From Octopus vulgaris (Eukaryota): a stretch of DNA of 64,000 nucleotides. Shown here one piece after another: positions 13,915 through 28,290 of this stretch; positions within the stretch are counted from its first letter, which is position 1, and each line of letters starts with the position of its first letter. Below the pieces are notes generated by a model. It had not been told where the DNA came from. It ran no database searches and saw only the letters and a program-made list of their open reading frames with translations. The translations under genes and the position numbers were made by a program. The stretch covers positions 115,258,001 through 115,322,000 of the forward strand of contig OX597816.1 in NCBI GenBank assembly GCA_951406725.2, written 5' to 3'.

Positions 13915-14325
13915 TCATCATCATCATCATCATCGTTTAACATCCGTTTTCCATGCTAGCACATGTTGGACGGTTCGACCAGGGTCTGGGAAGCCAGGAG
14001 GCTGCACCAGGCTCCAATCTGATCTGGCAGTGTTTCTATAGCTGGATGCCCTTCCTAATGCCAACCACTCCATGAGTGTAGTGGATGCTTTTTACGTGCT
14101 ACTGGCACAGGTGCCAGGGGAGGCTGGCAGTGGCCATGATCAGTTGGTGCTTTTTATGTGCCACCGGCACAGAAGCCAGTCAAGGTGGCGCTAGCATTGG
14201 CCACGTTTGGATGGTGCTGTTTACGTGCCACTGGCACAAGTATCACAACTACAATTTCCATTTGATATTTATTTTGATGTTGATGTACTTGACTCAATAG
14301 GTCTCTTCAAGCACAGCAGGTCACA
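13915..14325 (-). mobile_element. RTE LINE 3'UTR fragment with (GAT)n tail
   Basis: Reverse complement aligns over about 400 bp with 43730-44075. Confidence 0.85.
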
Positions 14326-14855
14326 TACCACTGGCACAGAATTATTTCAGAACAATGAAAAGCTAAGTTGAACTCAGTATGTTTGGAAAACTAAAATGCT
14401 AAGTTATGAACACATTACCAGCAACTGACACTTTGCTATAATAACTTAATCACCCAATTTTTAGTGTAAGTTTATAAAACATTAAAAGCATGCATCAGTT
14501 TGAGACAGGAAGATGATACTCAGACTTAAGCCATATTATTCATTGCTTAATAAGTAAATGCATTACCAAATACACTACAAAGTGGTTGATAAAACAGCAG
14601 AAATAGTTTGCAGCATTTGATTTGAGGTGATTGAACAGTGGAAATAATTTGTGATTTATATTCCATCAGAAGATCCCTTTCACCTGGTTTCAAATTAACC
14701 TTTATAATCTTTAATTTCTTTGTTCAGTTTCTGGTGTGAACATGAAATATATATGGAGAACATCAGTGGAAGGAAACAATTGTGTTAAGGACTCTGAACC
14801 AATATTTCCTCTAATTTTTTTTGCAGCTGATGTGGACAAAGATTTTCTTATTCTT

Positions 14856-15262
14856 TTACTCTTTTACTTGTTTCAGTCATTTGACTATGGACGTGCTGAA
14901 GCACCACCTTTAATCGAGCAAATCGACCTCAGGTCTTATGCTTTGTAAGCCTAGTACTTATTCTATCGGTCTCTTTAGCCAAACTGCGAAGTTACAGGGG
15001 CATAAACACACTAGTATCAGTTGTCAAGCGATGAGGGGGGGACAAACACAGACACACAAACACACACCCACATATATATACATGTACATATATATATATA
15101 CGACGGGCTTCTTTCAGTTTCCATCTACCAAATCCACTCACAAGGCTTTGGTCGGCCTGAGGCTATAGTAGAAGACACTTGCTCCAGGTGCAATGCAGTG
15201 GGACTGAACCCAGAACCATGTGGTTAGTAAGCAAGTTACTTACCACACAGCCTCTCCTGCAC
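14856..15262 (-). mobile_element. SINE family 1 copy (a more degenerate one follows at about 15300-15650)
   Basis: Reverse complement matches 365-790. Confidence 0.85.
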
Positions 15263-16517
15263 TTATGTGTAAATTTTTCTATTTCTTATTCTTTTATCTT
15301 TTATCTTTCATTTGTTTTACTCAGACTGCAGCCAGACTGTGGCAATACGTTGAAGGGTTTTAGTTCTTATTTTTTAAATCCAGTCTGGTACTTATTCTCG
15401 TGGTCATTTTTGTCAAACTGCTAACTAAGTTACAGGAACATAAACAGTCCAACAGTCAAATGGTGGGTTGGGGGACAAGCACTGACACAAAGACACACAT
15501 ATGTGACAGATTTCTTCAAAGTTTCTGTCAACCAAATCTACTCACAAAGCATAGGTTGGTTTGGAGCTACAGTTGAAGATACTTGCCCAAGGTGCCATGT
15601 AGTGAGACTGAACCTGAAATCATCTGGATGCAAGTGTGTGTAACCATACGAATAACCAAATTGAATTTTTTTAAAATCAACTTGGTGTAATGAACAACAT
15701 TAAAATGGTGGTAACTTTATACTATTTTAATTCAAATTGAAAAAAATAATGTGAAATTCCTTAATAATAACCAGTTCACACAAAAATTGGTGAGTTGATA
15801 GAAAAATAAAGTAATGGTTTTGGTCATTGGACTGTGGCCAAACTGGGGCACTGTCCTCCTGGCTGTAGTCAATCATAATATCTATTTTAGTCTTGTATTT
15901 TCTGATCCATGTTTGTCAAGATGTGAAAGGACACAACATAAACAATTTCATTGTTGTTCAAACTGCTACAACAGGGATATTGACAAGATATTGGTCAACT
16001 ACTTGCAAGGTATTGATCAAACCAAGCCTATAGAAAAACACAGATATTCAATATGTCACACATTGAGATTGAGCCTGGTACCATGAGCTGGCAAAGTAAA
16101 CTCCTAAACCACACAGCCATAGTATCTTGCATCTATGTTCTGCTTTTAAAGTTCACTTTTTCTACCTTTAGAGGCCACCAATTAAATAATGTGCAACTGA
16201 GGTTGCATTTAGAAAAAGCAGCTAAATTACCTTTGAATGCATGCTAAAATTGATATATTGGATAATGTGGTCTAGGATGCAAATTATACAGCTATAAAAT
16301 AGGATGATCATAGTATGAAAATAGTCATGGATCTGAGATCTGTTCAGTTAGCACAGGCCTAGAGTTAAAGAACCACCACTGTGTAAATAATAGAAATAAG
16401 ACATGATCGAGATAGTCTAGCGTAACTTACTGTTGAAATTGTTTCTTCCCACTCTAACCATTCTACTATCTAATAGAACTATAAATAACATAAAAAACTA
16501 TGAAATAGAAGCAAAAT

Positions 16518-16672
16518 AGGGAGTGGCTGTGTGGTAAGTAGCTTTCTTACTAACCACATGGTTCCGGGTTCAGTCCCACTGTGTGGCACCTTGGGCAATG
16601 TCTTTTACTATAGCCTCTACTATAACCTTGTGAGTGGATTTGGTAGACAGAAACTGAAAGAAGCCTGTCGTA

Positions 16673-16741
<69 letters not shown>

Positions 16742-16960
16742 GTATGCTTGTGTATATGTTTGTGTGTCTGTGTTTGTCCCCCTAACATCACTTGACAACA
16801 GATGCTGGTGTGTATACGTCCCCGTAACTTAGCGGCTCGGCAAAAGAGACCAATAGAATAAGTACTAGGCTTACAAAGAATAAGTCCTGGGGTCAATTTG
16901 CTCGACTAAAGGCGGTGCTCCAGCATGATCACAGTCAAATGACTGAAACAAATAAAAGAG
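16518..16960 (+). mobile_element. SINE family 1 copy
   Basis: GGAGTGGCTGTGTGGTAAG...GGTTCCGGGTTCAGTCCC...ACCTTGGGCAA; internal (TA)n. Confidence 0.88.
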
Positions 16961-17029
16961 AGAGAGAGAGTAAGAGATAAAATGAACTTATGAGAGAAAA
17001 AATATGGAGAGATAATGAAAAAGAATAAC

Positions 17030-17065
<36 letters not shown>

Positions 17066-17483
17066 GATGAAAAATGTCAGAAAAACTAGGCTACTTTACA
17101 GAAAGAAAAAACAATTTTCCATCATATCTGTTTAGCATATTTATATCCTTACAGGTGTTCCTTACTGCTATTGTTTCTGGTGCTGATATTCGTGTTGTTG
17201 ATGTTGTTTTGTTAAATTCCTATATGGCATATTGAGCTTCATGATTTTTATTTTCTTTGGTAAAGTTTTGGAAAATGATAGTCTGCAAGTAGATGTTCAA
17301 TAATTGAAATTATTCTTTAAATAATATGCCCCCAAGATATGTATGCTCCAAGAATGATTAATTTTCTAATGCCTTCTAATTACTAGAAGCAAGGTACTAA
17401 TCCTTAGCTACTGACTTTACAATATGTAAGCATGTATGTGTTTGTGTATATATATGTATGGGCAAATGTGTGTGGATCTATGT

Positions 17484-17529
<46 letters not shown>

Positions 17530-17548
17530 GTGTGTGTGTGTTTATATA

Positions 17549-17597
<49 letters not shown>

Positions 17598-18063
17598 TCA
17601 TATATATATACACACTCATATATATATATACACTCACATATATATACACACTCATATGTATATGTATACACATGCATATATAAGTATGTATGGATATAAG
17701 TGTGGATGTATTTTTATCTTTATGTGTGTGTATATGTATGTGTGTGTGTTTGTGCGTTAGTAAATAATTCATTTTAAATGAAGAAGTATAAAATCTGTTT
17801 TTGATTTATATTGTCTTTAACTGAATATTGATTTATATCATTTATATTAACTTAAATATTCAATGAATCTAGAAAAACTTTGTGATTCTTTCAATAAAAA
17901 AAAAAGTTGTGTTCTAAGTAACATATAGACAATCTTTTGAATAACAGAAAAAAATAAACTGTCAAAACTATATGGTATGATAAATATGAAATACACAAAA
18001 AAGTATATTGTGTTGCTGTACACATCACTAAACATACTCATATGCACACACATACACACATAA

Positions 18064-18130
<67 letters not shown>

Positions 18131-18699
18131 TATGTTTGTATATATATAAATGTGTGTGTATGTATAGAATTTAATTTTTATATTTATGTACATACATATA
18201 AAAAGTAACTTACTTATTCTACCATTGCACAGCCTTCTCATCTTGTATCTCTGCCTTTCATGCTTTTTTCACTTATCCCTTTCTTTCTGTAAAGGTGTTG
18301 GCAGCCTTTTTACAGGGTGAAAGAGGTTACCAGGGTGAGACATAGAGTCATAAGGTTTCTTTAACAGTGTTGAGGACATGATTGCTTCTCTAGTGTTATT
18401 GTCATCCAAAGCAAATCTGGTACAATGTAAAGTATAAACTCGTGAAAACCCTCTAGCCTTGTCAAGGACATGACATCTCTCTAGAAGCTTGAGCCATAAA
18501 AAGTACACAGTATTATCTGTAAAGTGGTTGATGTTAAGAAGTACATTTAGCCAAAGAAACCAAACTGAAACTGAAATACAAGCATCGGTCCTCCAATACA
18601 TCAAAGTGAGTAGTAATCCTGACCCTGAATAAGTACTGATAAATTGTCCAACCCTTCCCTACTTGGGAGATGGAAATAAAAGAATGATGATAATAATGA

Positions 18700-19105
18700 T
18701 TTCAAATTTTGGTACAAGGCCAGTAATTTTGAAGGGAGGGTTTAGTCGATTACATCAATCTCAGTATTCAACTTGGTACTTATTTTATCGATCCCTGAAA
18801 GGATGAAAGGCAAAGTTGACTTTGGCAGAATTTGAACTCAGAACATAAAGATGAACAAAATGCCATTAAGCATTTTGATTGGAATGCTAAGAATTCTTTT
18901 CTACTCTAGGCACAAGACCAGACATTTTTGGAGAGGAGGCTACTTGATTAGATCGGCCACCAGTATGCAACTGGTAATTTATCGTTCCTGAAAGGAGGAA
19001 AGGCAAAGTTGACCTCGGTGGAATTTGAACTCAGAATGTAAAGACAGACGAAATACCGCTAAGCATTTCACCCAGTGCACTTACGTTTCTGCCAGCTCAT
19101 CACCT
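18700..19105 (-). mobile_element. two tandem SINE family 2 copies
   Basis: AAAGGCAAAGTTGAC...GAATTTGAACTCAGAA occurs twice, at about 18805 and 19000. Confidence 0.75.
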
Positions 19106-21295
19106 TTGATAATGACATAGGTACAATGGGGCATTATGACTAGCAAAAGAATTATGTTATGGGCCTCATTGCTATAGCACAATGATTTTCAACTTATTCC
19201 TATTCTCAGACAGTGAATAAGGAGCTAAAAGTGTCAGCACACCATCAGCTTCTAAAAAGTCATGATATGAAAAAATAAAACTTGTATTAAAATTGCTTCA
19301 AAAGACAGATTGATGCACACAAATGATGGTGATATGGTGGAATCTTTATCATACATACTTTGTGGCATTTCTTCTATCTTTATGTTCCCAGTTCAAATGC
19401 TGCCAGGATTGACTTTGCTTTTCATCCTTTTGGAGTTAATAAAATAAGTACCACTTAAATACTGGGATTGATGTAATCAGTTTGTCCCCTCCCCCAAAAT
19501 TGTTGGCCTGGTGCCAAAATTTGAAACCAAATTGCTGCAAGCCACAGCCAATAAAAATGCTAGCTATATTGGACAATGTAGACTTAGATACACAAAACGA
19601 TGAGTTGGACATGGTTGGCATGCTTTTGGTCATAGGTCAGTTTGATCTGACCTATTATAGGACTAAGTAGTAGTGCTAAATCTGTGCATTAATAATCAGA
19701 TGTAAAATCTACAGAAACATATTCATGTGTCATGAAAATAATCTGATGGAAGATGGTTCACAAATAGTAGAGCCTATTCGCTGTTGGATTTTGGTAAGGT
19801 ATGTAATTGCCTTGCAGAGTGGACAGAATGTTTTATTTATGTCAAACAACCTTACTGTTACCAAGACTTTCAAGGACAGAGAATTGGAATTCTCCAGTGA
19901 TTCAGCTGTTGAAGTCACACTGGCAATCACTGATGAGGGGAAAAAAATGATTGCTTTACATATTTTTCTAAAATTTGAGAAATGCCTTGCTGTATTTAAT
20001 TACAAGTTTTGTATTCAAGTTCAAATTTGGCAAAGCTAAACTTTATCTTCCATCTTTCCAGAGTTAACAAAATGAAGTACTGAGTCAATTTGTATTTCAA
20101 TAAAACATCCTACCTGTGGATTGAATTATAACGGAAAACAAGTCTTGATAACTTAAAAGTTGGTAAGCTCAGATTTTCTTGTTCCTATATCTAAGAGTAA
20201 GTATAAGTAAAAATATATATCTAGAAAGGATGCGAGTAGAGGCAAATCCCAGTAACACTGTTTCAAGATAATGGCTTTATATATTTGACATGTCTCTTTA
20301 ACACACTTCTAAAACCACTTCTTCCCTATATCTTCCTTCACCAAACTATAGCAGCTACATCATTATTCACCCCTACACCACTCCTCCAACACCTTACAAT
20401 ACACAACTATAAGCACCGGCACCATAACTAAAAGCACCATCTTCACCATTTTCTTCATCGTCATCTTCAACATCCACACTGTCACACGTTTGTAGCCATC
20501 AGCATTCTTCTATCAAAAACTGAATACGAAGAATGTAATAAAACAACAAACTCTTCCCCCTACACCAAACCATGAGAAATGACAAAGGTAAAACAGAATC
20601 AACCTCTAAATTAATGCTGAGTTTCTTTCAAATCACTGCTTAAAAGCTAATTAGAATTCTACAGCATATTTCCATATTTCACTTTCTAACAAAATTTAAA
20701 TTTTTACCTATGTTATAGCAGAAAACAGCTTCAGAATTAAAACCTATCTTGCCTGCTGGCTAGTCAGAAACAATTTTTACTCTCTTTGAATATCTTAATC
20801 TGAGAATAAAGTATAATAAAATATCTTACCAGAAGAATTTGTTTCCAAAATTTGAAATGTAAGTATTGATTGAAGCAACTTAGAAAAACAAATATTTTTG
20901 TTTGTTTTAATTTCAAGGCATTTTTACATCACAGCTATTTTTTTTATTATTGTCATGGGTTTGTTCTTTCTACCAAAATAATAGCAGAATTGAATTCTTT
21001 GGAATAGATATGTTAAAAAGCTGGATGCCTTTCAAACTGGTAACTATTATATGCCTGAAATTAAGAAGATGGTTTGTTAGTTTTTATGCATTCAAATAAA
21101 TGAAGATGATGCTGAAATTGAACATATACAATGGATAGAATAAATTTTAGTTAAGTGAAAATAATATTTTTAAAATTATAGCACTGTCTCAGCTATGACT
21201 ACACCACTATGAAAGGTATGTAGTGTATTTATGAATAAGCTTTAGCAGGTTATAAGTGGAAGATGATTTCACATAATACTATGTTGCACATATAT

Positions 21296-21422
21296 AGGTG
21301 TGTGGTAAGTAGCTTGCTTACCAACCACATAGTTCCAAGTTCAGTCCTACTACATAACCCCTTGTGCCTCAGGCCAACCAAAACCTTGTGAGTGGATTTG
21401 GTAGATGGAAGCTGAAAGAAGC

Positions 21423-21473
<51 letters not shown>

Positions 21474-21685
21474 CATGTGTGTATATGTTTTTCCCTCTAC
21501 CATTGCTTGATAACCGATGTTGGTGTCTTTACATCACTGTAACTTAGCAGTTTGGCAAAAGAGACTGATAGAATTAGTACTAGACTTACAAAGAATAAGT
21601 CCTGGGGTCGATTTGTTCGACTAAAGGCGGTGCTCCAGCATGGTCACAGTCAAATGACTGAAACAAGTAAAAGAATAAAAGAATA
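21296..21685 (+). mobile_element. SINE family 1 copy with internal (TG)n
   Basis: Matches 16518-16960. Confidence 0.85.
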
Positions 21686-22684
21686 CCATATTTGCCCATT
21701 TCTCTTTCTTTGAATCATGAGGGATTCCCTGATGGATATGGTGGATAGCACAGGTAGAGCCACTTGGTACTGGTGTGTAGTTACTTTCATGGGTATACTA
21801 AGTCTGTCATTGGAATTGAGAGCTGGTGATTTCTTTTCTGTTTCATATCATTGCTGTGACTTCTGTTTATTTTGAGGCCCTGTTGACTGGCAGACTCTTT
21901 ATTTATGACAATATTCCTTATAGCTCTGACTCATTTGTTACCTGCTGTCAGCCTTCTATAACTTCTACTTATATATGTGTGTTGGTGAGATTTTGTGTGT
22001 GTGTGTGTGTGCGCACATGTGTGTGTATGTGAGAGCATACATGCGTGTATGTGAGTATCTTTACAATATGATTTAAAACCAACAAAGAACCTGCTGCACT
22101 CCTTCGCAAAAAAAATAAAATAAAGAAGTCAACTATGATCTTTGTAAATTTAGTGAGTTTAAATGAAGTATATATATATTACAATTGAAACAGATAATTT
22201 GCTCCAAACACTGCAATACTTTCTTCACCATATTTTTTGAAGCATTCTTTTAGGAGAAAGTATATTTTATAAAGTTGCAAATATAGGGCCAAATAACAAT
22301 GCTCTCATCATTATCACTATCATCTTCAATACCATCTTTGTTATCATTACATCACCACCATCACCACTTCCATCATCATCATCCTCTTCAACCAGTATTT
22401 AGAATATTCCATGCGTATTCCTGTATATCCAGTGGGAAACTGTGTGAAGGACATGCATTATAGTCAGAGTTACACTTGGACTCACTGGTTGATTATATCA
22501 TCGAATGCAAAGAGAAAGCAGTATAAAACAGATTTTGTTCATAAAGCATTTAGTTATGTCGTTTTGTGCATATCCCTTTAACAATGAAAGCATGGCACTT
22601 AAATAAGTTATTTAAACACTGTCTGAAGTCCAATATGAATATGAATGGAGAGTATTGTAGTTTGCTTGAAGCATTGTGTATTGT

Positions 22685-23184
22685 TTAAACCCAGCAACAC
22701 ATGCTTCCTTAAAATACCCCATTTTAGCGAGAGGATAACCACAGCCATCCGAAGAACCATAAGAAGAGAAGGGCCAGACATACAGCTAGCCAACTCCAGC
22801 CCCTATCTGAGAAGACACCTCGCAAAGAAATGAACAAGGGACAACAATCAATGCACACTAACAAACTGTCCCATCCAAGACACAGATTTATGCCAATGGG
22901 TAAATGTTGTGTATAGAATACAATGTAACAAATGCAACAAGTTCTATGTTGGTCGCACAAGACCATTACATGTCCACATCAAAGAACATCTGGACACGAG
23001 AGCCTCCTCCTTCAGAAAACATCTAGTAGACAGATGCCAGAACACCGACAAAAGCATAACAGTCACAACTGAGGCCAATGAAAGAAATTTGGGTAATCTA
23101 AGAATTAAGGAAGCTATACTCATACACAGACTAGGGCCCCAAATTAACAACAGGCTGGAGGTTGGTAATAAATATATTATTTAG
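22685..23184 (+). pseudogene. Penelope-like retroelement ORF C-terminus (GIY-YIG endonuclease), 5' truncated
   Basis: FLKIPHFSERIT..., CTLTNCPIQDTDLC, NVVYRIQCNKCNKFYVGRTRPLHVHIKEH, LRIKEAILIHRLGPQINN; one internal stop near 22831. Confidence 0.85.
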
Positions 23185-23487
23185 CTACATCTGGATGTGA
23201 GTAGATTCATTTTTGATAACATGCGCATGTACTGTTTATAACAAAAAAAAGAGAAGAGAATAAAAAAGAAGGGGGAAAATAAAGGAAGCTGCACATATAA
23301 AACATAACTTAGAAGCAGCACTACGGATGTACCAACACACACGAGATTGAGACATGGTCGACCTCACACACTTCTCATGAGGAATTCCAGAAGGAGCTTC
23401 ATGAGACCACTGCTGAAACACTTCCAAAAAAGAAAAAAGAAAAGCCATTGGAAAACCAATTATAACAGCGACTACATCTAAGAATAT

Positions 23488-23523
23488 CTGAAGAAGGAAT
23501 TTTATCCCGAAATATTATCAGAC
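23488..23523 (+). ncRNA. hammerhead-like core in the putative pLTR downstream of the Penelope ORF
   Basis: CTGAAGA-A-GGA-ATTTTA-TCC-C-GAAA-TATTA-TC; stem II intact, stem I poor. Confidence 0.45.
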
Positions 23524-24484
23524 TATGGATGACTAAATTACAACAGGTATATAGCCCATTGTTTGTATTATAGTGCATTGTTGTACCATTCAAAATATTT
23601 TATTCTTTATGAATATTAAAGATTAATCCTTTCTGCAACAGGTATAAGGCCTGAAATTTTGTCGGAGCAGGGCTAATCAATTATATAGACCCCAGCACTT
23701 GATTGAACTTATTCCAGTGACCCTGAAAGTTGAAGGGCAAAGTTACTCTTCGTGGAATGAATACTAAAGATTATTAATGAGAGTTAAGCAATTTCTGAAG
23801 GTTTGGCAATGAAATCAGTTAAGAACATTTTTGTTGTCTAACTGGTACATTTTCATTGTTAATGAAACATGCATAAGATGACACAACAGAATATTTTATG
23901 AACGAATTTTGTTTTGGTTTACTCTCTCTCTGTCTCTCTTTTGCTCTCCCACTCTCTCTTTCTCCCCTCCTCTCTCTCTCTCTCCCTCTCTCTCTCTCTC
24001 TATATATATATATAGATAGATATATAGATAGATAGATACATACATAGACTGACAAACAAATATGCATATGTGTGCATATGCGTGCACACACACACACACA
24101 CACGCACATTCATACACACATACAATTTTAGGCTTTTGTAGATTAAGCAAAGAGCAGAAGATAGAGAAGCATATTTCATTCAATTCTTCAAAATTGAATG
24201 AAATATGTGGAATACATATTGTGTTTAAATTCCAAAATTGCAACAGAAAGTTTGACTCATTGATAAACAAAATAAATAAACGAATGAATAAATAAAAATA
24301 AATCAGCTAAATAGAATAAAACAATATTTGTTGTGACAAAATTAATTATTTCACAGTGCAAAATTATAATTTCCAAACTTCATGTAAAATTCTTTATAAG
24401 TTCAATCTTTTTATTACATTGTGTTTTTTTTTATATTTTCTTATGTCATTAATCTATTCTATTCTTCATCTTAATTGGACTATG

Positions 24485-24509
24485 CAGTAGCAATAGTAGT
24501 AGTAGTAGT

Positions 24510-24578
<69 letters not shown>

Positions 24579-24582
24579 CGTG

Positions 24583-24656
<74 letters not shown>

Positions 24657-24760
24657 CGTGGCAGCAGCAGTGGCAACAGTAGTAGTAGTAGTTGTGGCAG
24701 CAGCAACAGTAGTAGTAGTGGTGGCAGCAGTAGTTGTTGTAGTAGCAGCAGCAGAAGTGG
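24485..24760. repeat. compound (TAG)n/(CAG)n microsatellite
   Basis: Directly visible. Confidence 0.95.
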
Positions 24761-24868
24761 TTATTTAAATCTGAGTCTGTTTCAGTCTAACCAACTTATG
24801 ATCAAAGATGTTCCAGCCATGACCAACCCATCTTTTAATCAGATACAGTGCATATGTATGTATGTATG

Positions 24869-25318
24869 ATTTTTCTTTTGAGTCTTAAATAAATTCTTCT
24901 TGAAAGAGTTCAAGCTGGCCGCTAACAAAGCGACAAGACTTTTTGAGTTAAGAGAGTTCCCAGTGTTTGTAAATATATAACGGAGCTCGTGTGTTGATTG
25001 AACTGTCAATGCATACACCCGAGTGTGTACATCTATTCACATAAGATACAGAATTTTTGGAGTGTCTTCCAAATCTTCACTGATTGGATTTGGAGAATCT
25101 GTTTCAGTTTCTTTTGCTCTTTCTCCATGAAGCCAAGTATTTCTAGGATTTTGAGCAAATTTGTTGGTATGCAAACTAATACACCTATGATAATAGATAC
25201 AAATGAGAAAACATAGTCAGGGTACAAGAGCTGCAAGTTTTGGATTAATTCATCACAAATGGGCTCTTTTCTCTGGACTTTTGATTGTACATTCACATCT
25301 GCTGAGTAGCTGACCTCT
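24869..25318 (-). mobile_element. 3' end of an RLE-type (R2-group) non-LTR retrotransposon embedded in (TACA)n
   Basis: IEVSYSADVNVQSKVQRKE..LQLLYPDYVFSFVSIIIGVLVCIP..LEILGF, stop at 25033, then about 160 bp 3'UTR; (TATG)4 at 24853-24868 and long (TATG)n at 25320-25752. Confidence 0.65.
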
Positions 25319-25319
25319 A

Positions 25320-25321
25320 TG

Positions 25322-25355
<34 letters not shown>

Positions 25356-25752
25356 TGTATGTATGTATGTATGTATGTATGTATGTACGTATGTACGTAT
25401 GTATGTATGTATGTATGTATGTATGTATGTATGTATGTATGTATGTATGTATGTATGTATGTATGTATGTATGTATGTATGTATGTATGTATGTATGTAT
25501 GTATGTATGTATGTATGTATGCTTGTATGTATGTATGTATGTATGTATGTATGTATGTATGTATGTATGTATGCATGTATGTATGTATGTATGCATGCAT
25601 GTATGTATGTATGTATGTATGTATGTATGTATGTATGTATGTACGTACGTACGTATGTATGTATGTATGTATGTATGTATGTATGCATGCATGCATGTAT
25701 GTATGTATGTATGTATGTATGTATGCATGCATGCATGTATGTATGTATGTAT
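25320..25752. repeat. about 430 bp (TATG)n microsatellite
   Basis: Directly visible. Confidence 0.97.
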
Positions 25753-25980
25753 GAGTGGGTGTGTGTTGTGTATTCTCTTCTACTCTACTACTTGTTTCAG
25801 TCATTTGACTATGACCAAGTTGGAGCAACGCGTTTAGTTGAGCAAATTGACTCCAGGACTTATTCTTTATAAGCCTAGTACTTATTCTATCGATCTCTTT
25901 TGCTGAACTGCTAAGTTTCAGGGTTGTAGACACACCAACATCGGTTGCCAAGTGATGTTGGGAGGACAAACAGACAGACA

Positions 25981-26084
<104 letters not shown>

Positions 26085-26215
26085 AAACATTAGGGAATAA
26101 ATCCAAACTTACAGGGAAAAATCAGATTTAGGATTGAATCCAAGGCTTTTTATAGTAAAATATATTATATTAAATTAGAGATAAAACCACTATTAGGCAA
26201 ATCATACGTTATATA

Positions 26216-26257
<42 letters not shown>

Positions 26258-26577
26258 TACACTCATATATACATAAAACTACTTTAATCAATGTGTCCTT
26301 CATATTCTTTTTCTCTTTTCAAAGATGATCCTGATGTGATTCAAGGAAGTTTAGTGCCTATTCCAAGCAGGATAAGTGATCTAGAGGGAGAGCATGTTGT
26401 GGCACCAGTAGGCTATATGTTGATGAGATTGAATAGTATAGATATAAAGGTAAGAATAGTATAGATATAAAGGTAAGAAAAGGGAGGTATAGATGGATTA
26501 GGGATCCCAGAGCAATAGACTATACTGGTCTGTAAGAAAGAGAGAAAGAAAGAAAGAGAGAGATAAAAAGAGAGAGA

Positions 26578-27829
26578 TAAAACAAGGGAGTTGAGTGAAT
26601 GTGAGCGAAGTCAAATCATAGCTCATCATGAAGATGGAATGTCTCAAAGGCAAATCACTCAGAAAATGAAATGTTCTTGATGTGCAGTGCCAACGACTCA
26701 AGCACTTCAGAGAGACAAAAGATGTGAAGACAATACAAAGAACAAATAGAAAAAAGGTTACATCACAAGGTGATGACAGATCCATCATCTGTCAGTCACT
26801 CAGGAACAGGAGAAAAACATTGTCGGAGCTCTGTGCAGACTTCAATGAGGCAAATACTTCACAAATATTAATCAGAGCTGTTAGAATAAGGCTTGTAGAG
26901 TACGATCTGAAAGGCTGTAAAGCCAGGAAGAAGCCATGGGTTTCTGAAGTGAATATGGAAAAATGTCTTCAGTGGGCTAAAAACCACTTAAATTGGACCA
27001 GTGAGCAATGGTCAAATGTTATATGGTCTGATGAAAGTAACTATAAAGTAAGATGTATTCAATCAACATATAAACTTAATGTAATTGGTTTGTTTCCCAA
27101 AATATATGAAAAAGTATCCAACGTAAAGCTAATATTATTTTTCATGTTTTTACTCAGGTTTTTGATACACCTAGTGCAACTTTCATGCATTGCAGATCTG
27201 GGTAAACATTTAAGGCTGAATGTCTGGTACCAACTGTAAATCATGGAGGGGATTCTATCATGGTGTGGGCCTGCATGTCTGCCACAAGACCCGGAGAAAT
27301 GTTTTTATGTCAGGGAAAGATGAATTCAGCTACCTATGTTTCTATGTTATCAGATGTTTTAGAGCCATCAATCGCTAACTTGCATCCAGGAGTGTCGAAA
27401 AACAGAATTATTTTTCAACAGAACAACATTCCACATCATACAGCAAAGAATACTCATCAATGGTTTGAGACACAAAGTATTTTTCTCGTGGACGAGCCAG
27501 CTCAAAGTCCGGATCTAAATCCGATTGAACACCTATGGGGAACTCTTGGTGAAGCTATCAGGAACACAACAATTAAAAATAAAGAGCATTTGTACCAAAC
27601 GTTGAGAGAAGAATGGAGTAAAATTGCACCTAGCACCTGCAAGAAACTAGTTGATTCAATGCCAAACTGTATGAAAGCAGTAATTGATGCTAAAGGAGGG
27701 TCAACCAGTTATTGAAACTAGTGTATATTGTGAAATATACCATAATCTACCATGTGCACGAGTTTTATTAACATTGAGATAGCAAAACCCCAAAACGTTG
27801 GGGTGGCCTAATACTTTCGGCCAAGGCTG
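26578..27829 (+). mobile_element. Tc1-like (DD34E) transposon, left end missing; transposase pseudogene 26578-27715 with intron 27048-27157
   Basis: KTRELSECERSQII..., ARKKP, WSDES, VPTVNHGGDSIMVWAC, FQQNN-(34)-SPDLNPIEHLW, AVIDAKGGSTSY*; right TIR (reverse complement CAGCCTTGGCCGAAAGTATT) followed by TA. Confidence 0.92.
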
Positions 27830-27884
27830 TATATATATGTAGATATATGTATATATATGTGTATGTATATGTGTATATATATAT

Positions 27885-27927
<43 letters not shown>

Positions 27928-28219
27928 CATATATATATATACATATATATATATATGAATATATGTATTTGTGAGTCTGTGTTTATCCCTTCCCTCCCCA
28001 TCATTTGACAGCTGATATTGATGTGCTTATATCTTCATAACTTAGAGGATCAGCAAAAGTGACCAATAGAATAAGTACTAGGCTTACAAAGAATGAGGCC
28101 TGTGGTCAGTTTGTTCAACTAAAGCATGGCCACAGTCAAATGACTGAAACAAGTAAAAGAATAAAAGAATATATACATCCATGCAACAGATATATGTATA
28201 TATATATATATATCATCAT

Positions 28220-28290
<71 letters not shown>

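Noticed and set aside
26431-26478. Exact ~24 bp tandem duplication GAATAGTATAGATATAAAGGTAA
   Set aside because: An ordinary local slippage duplication with no further structure
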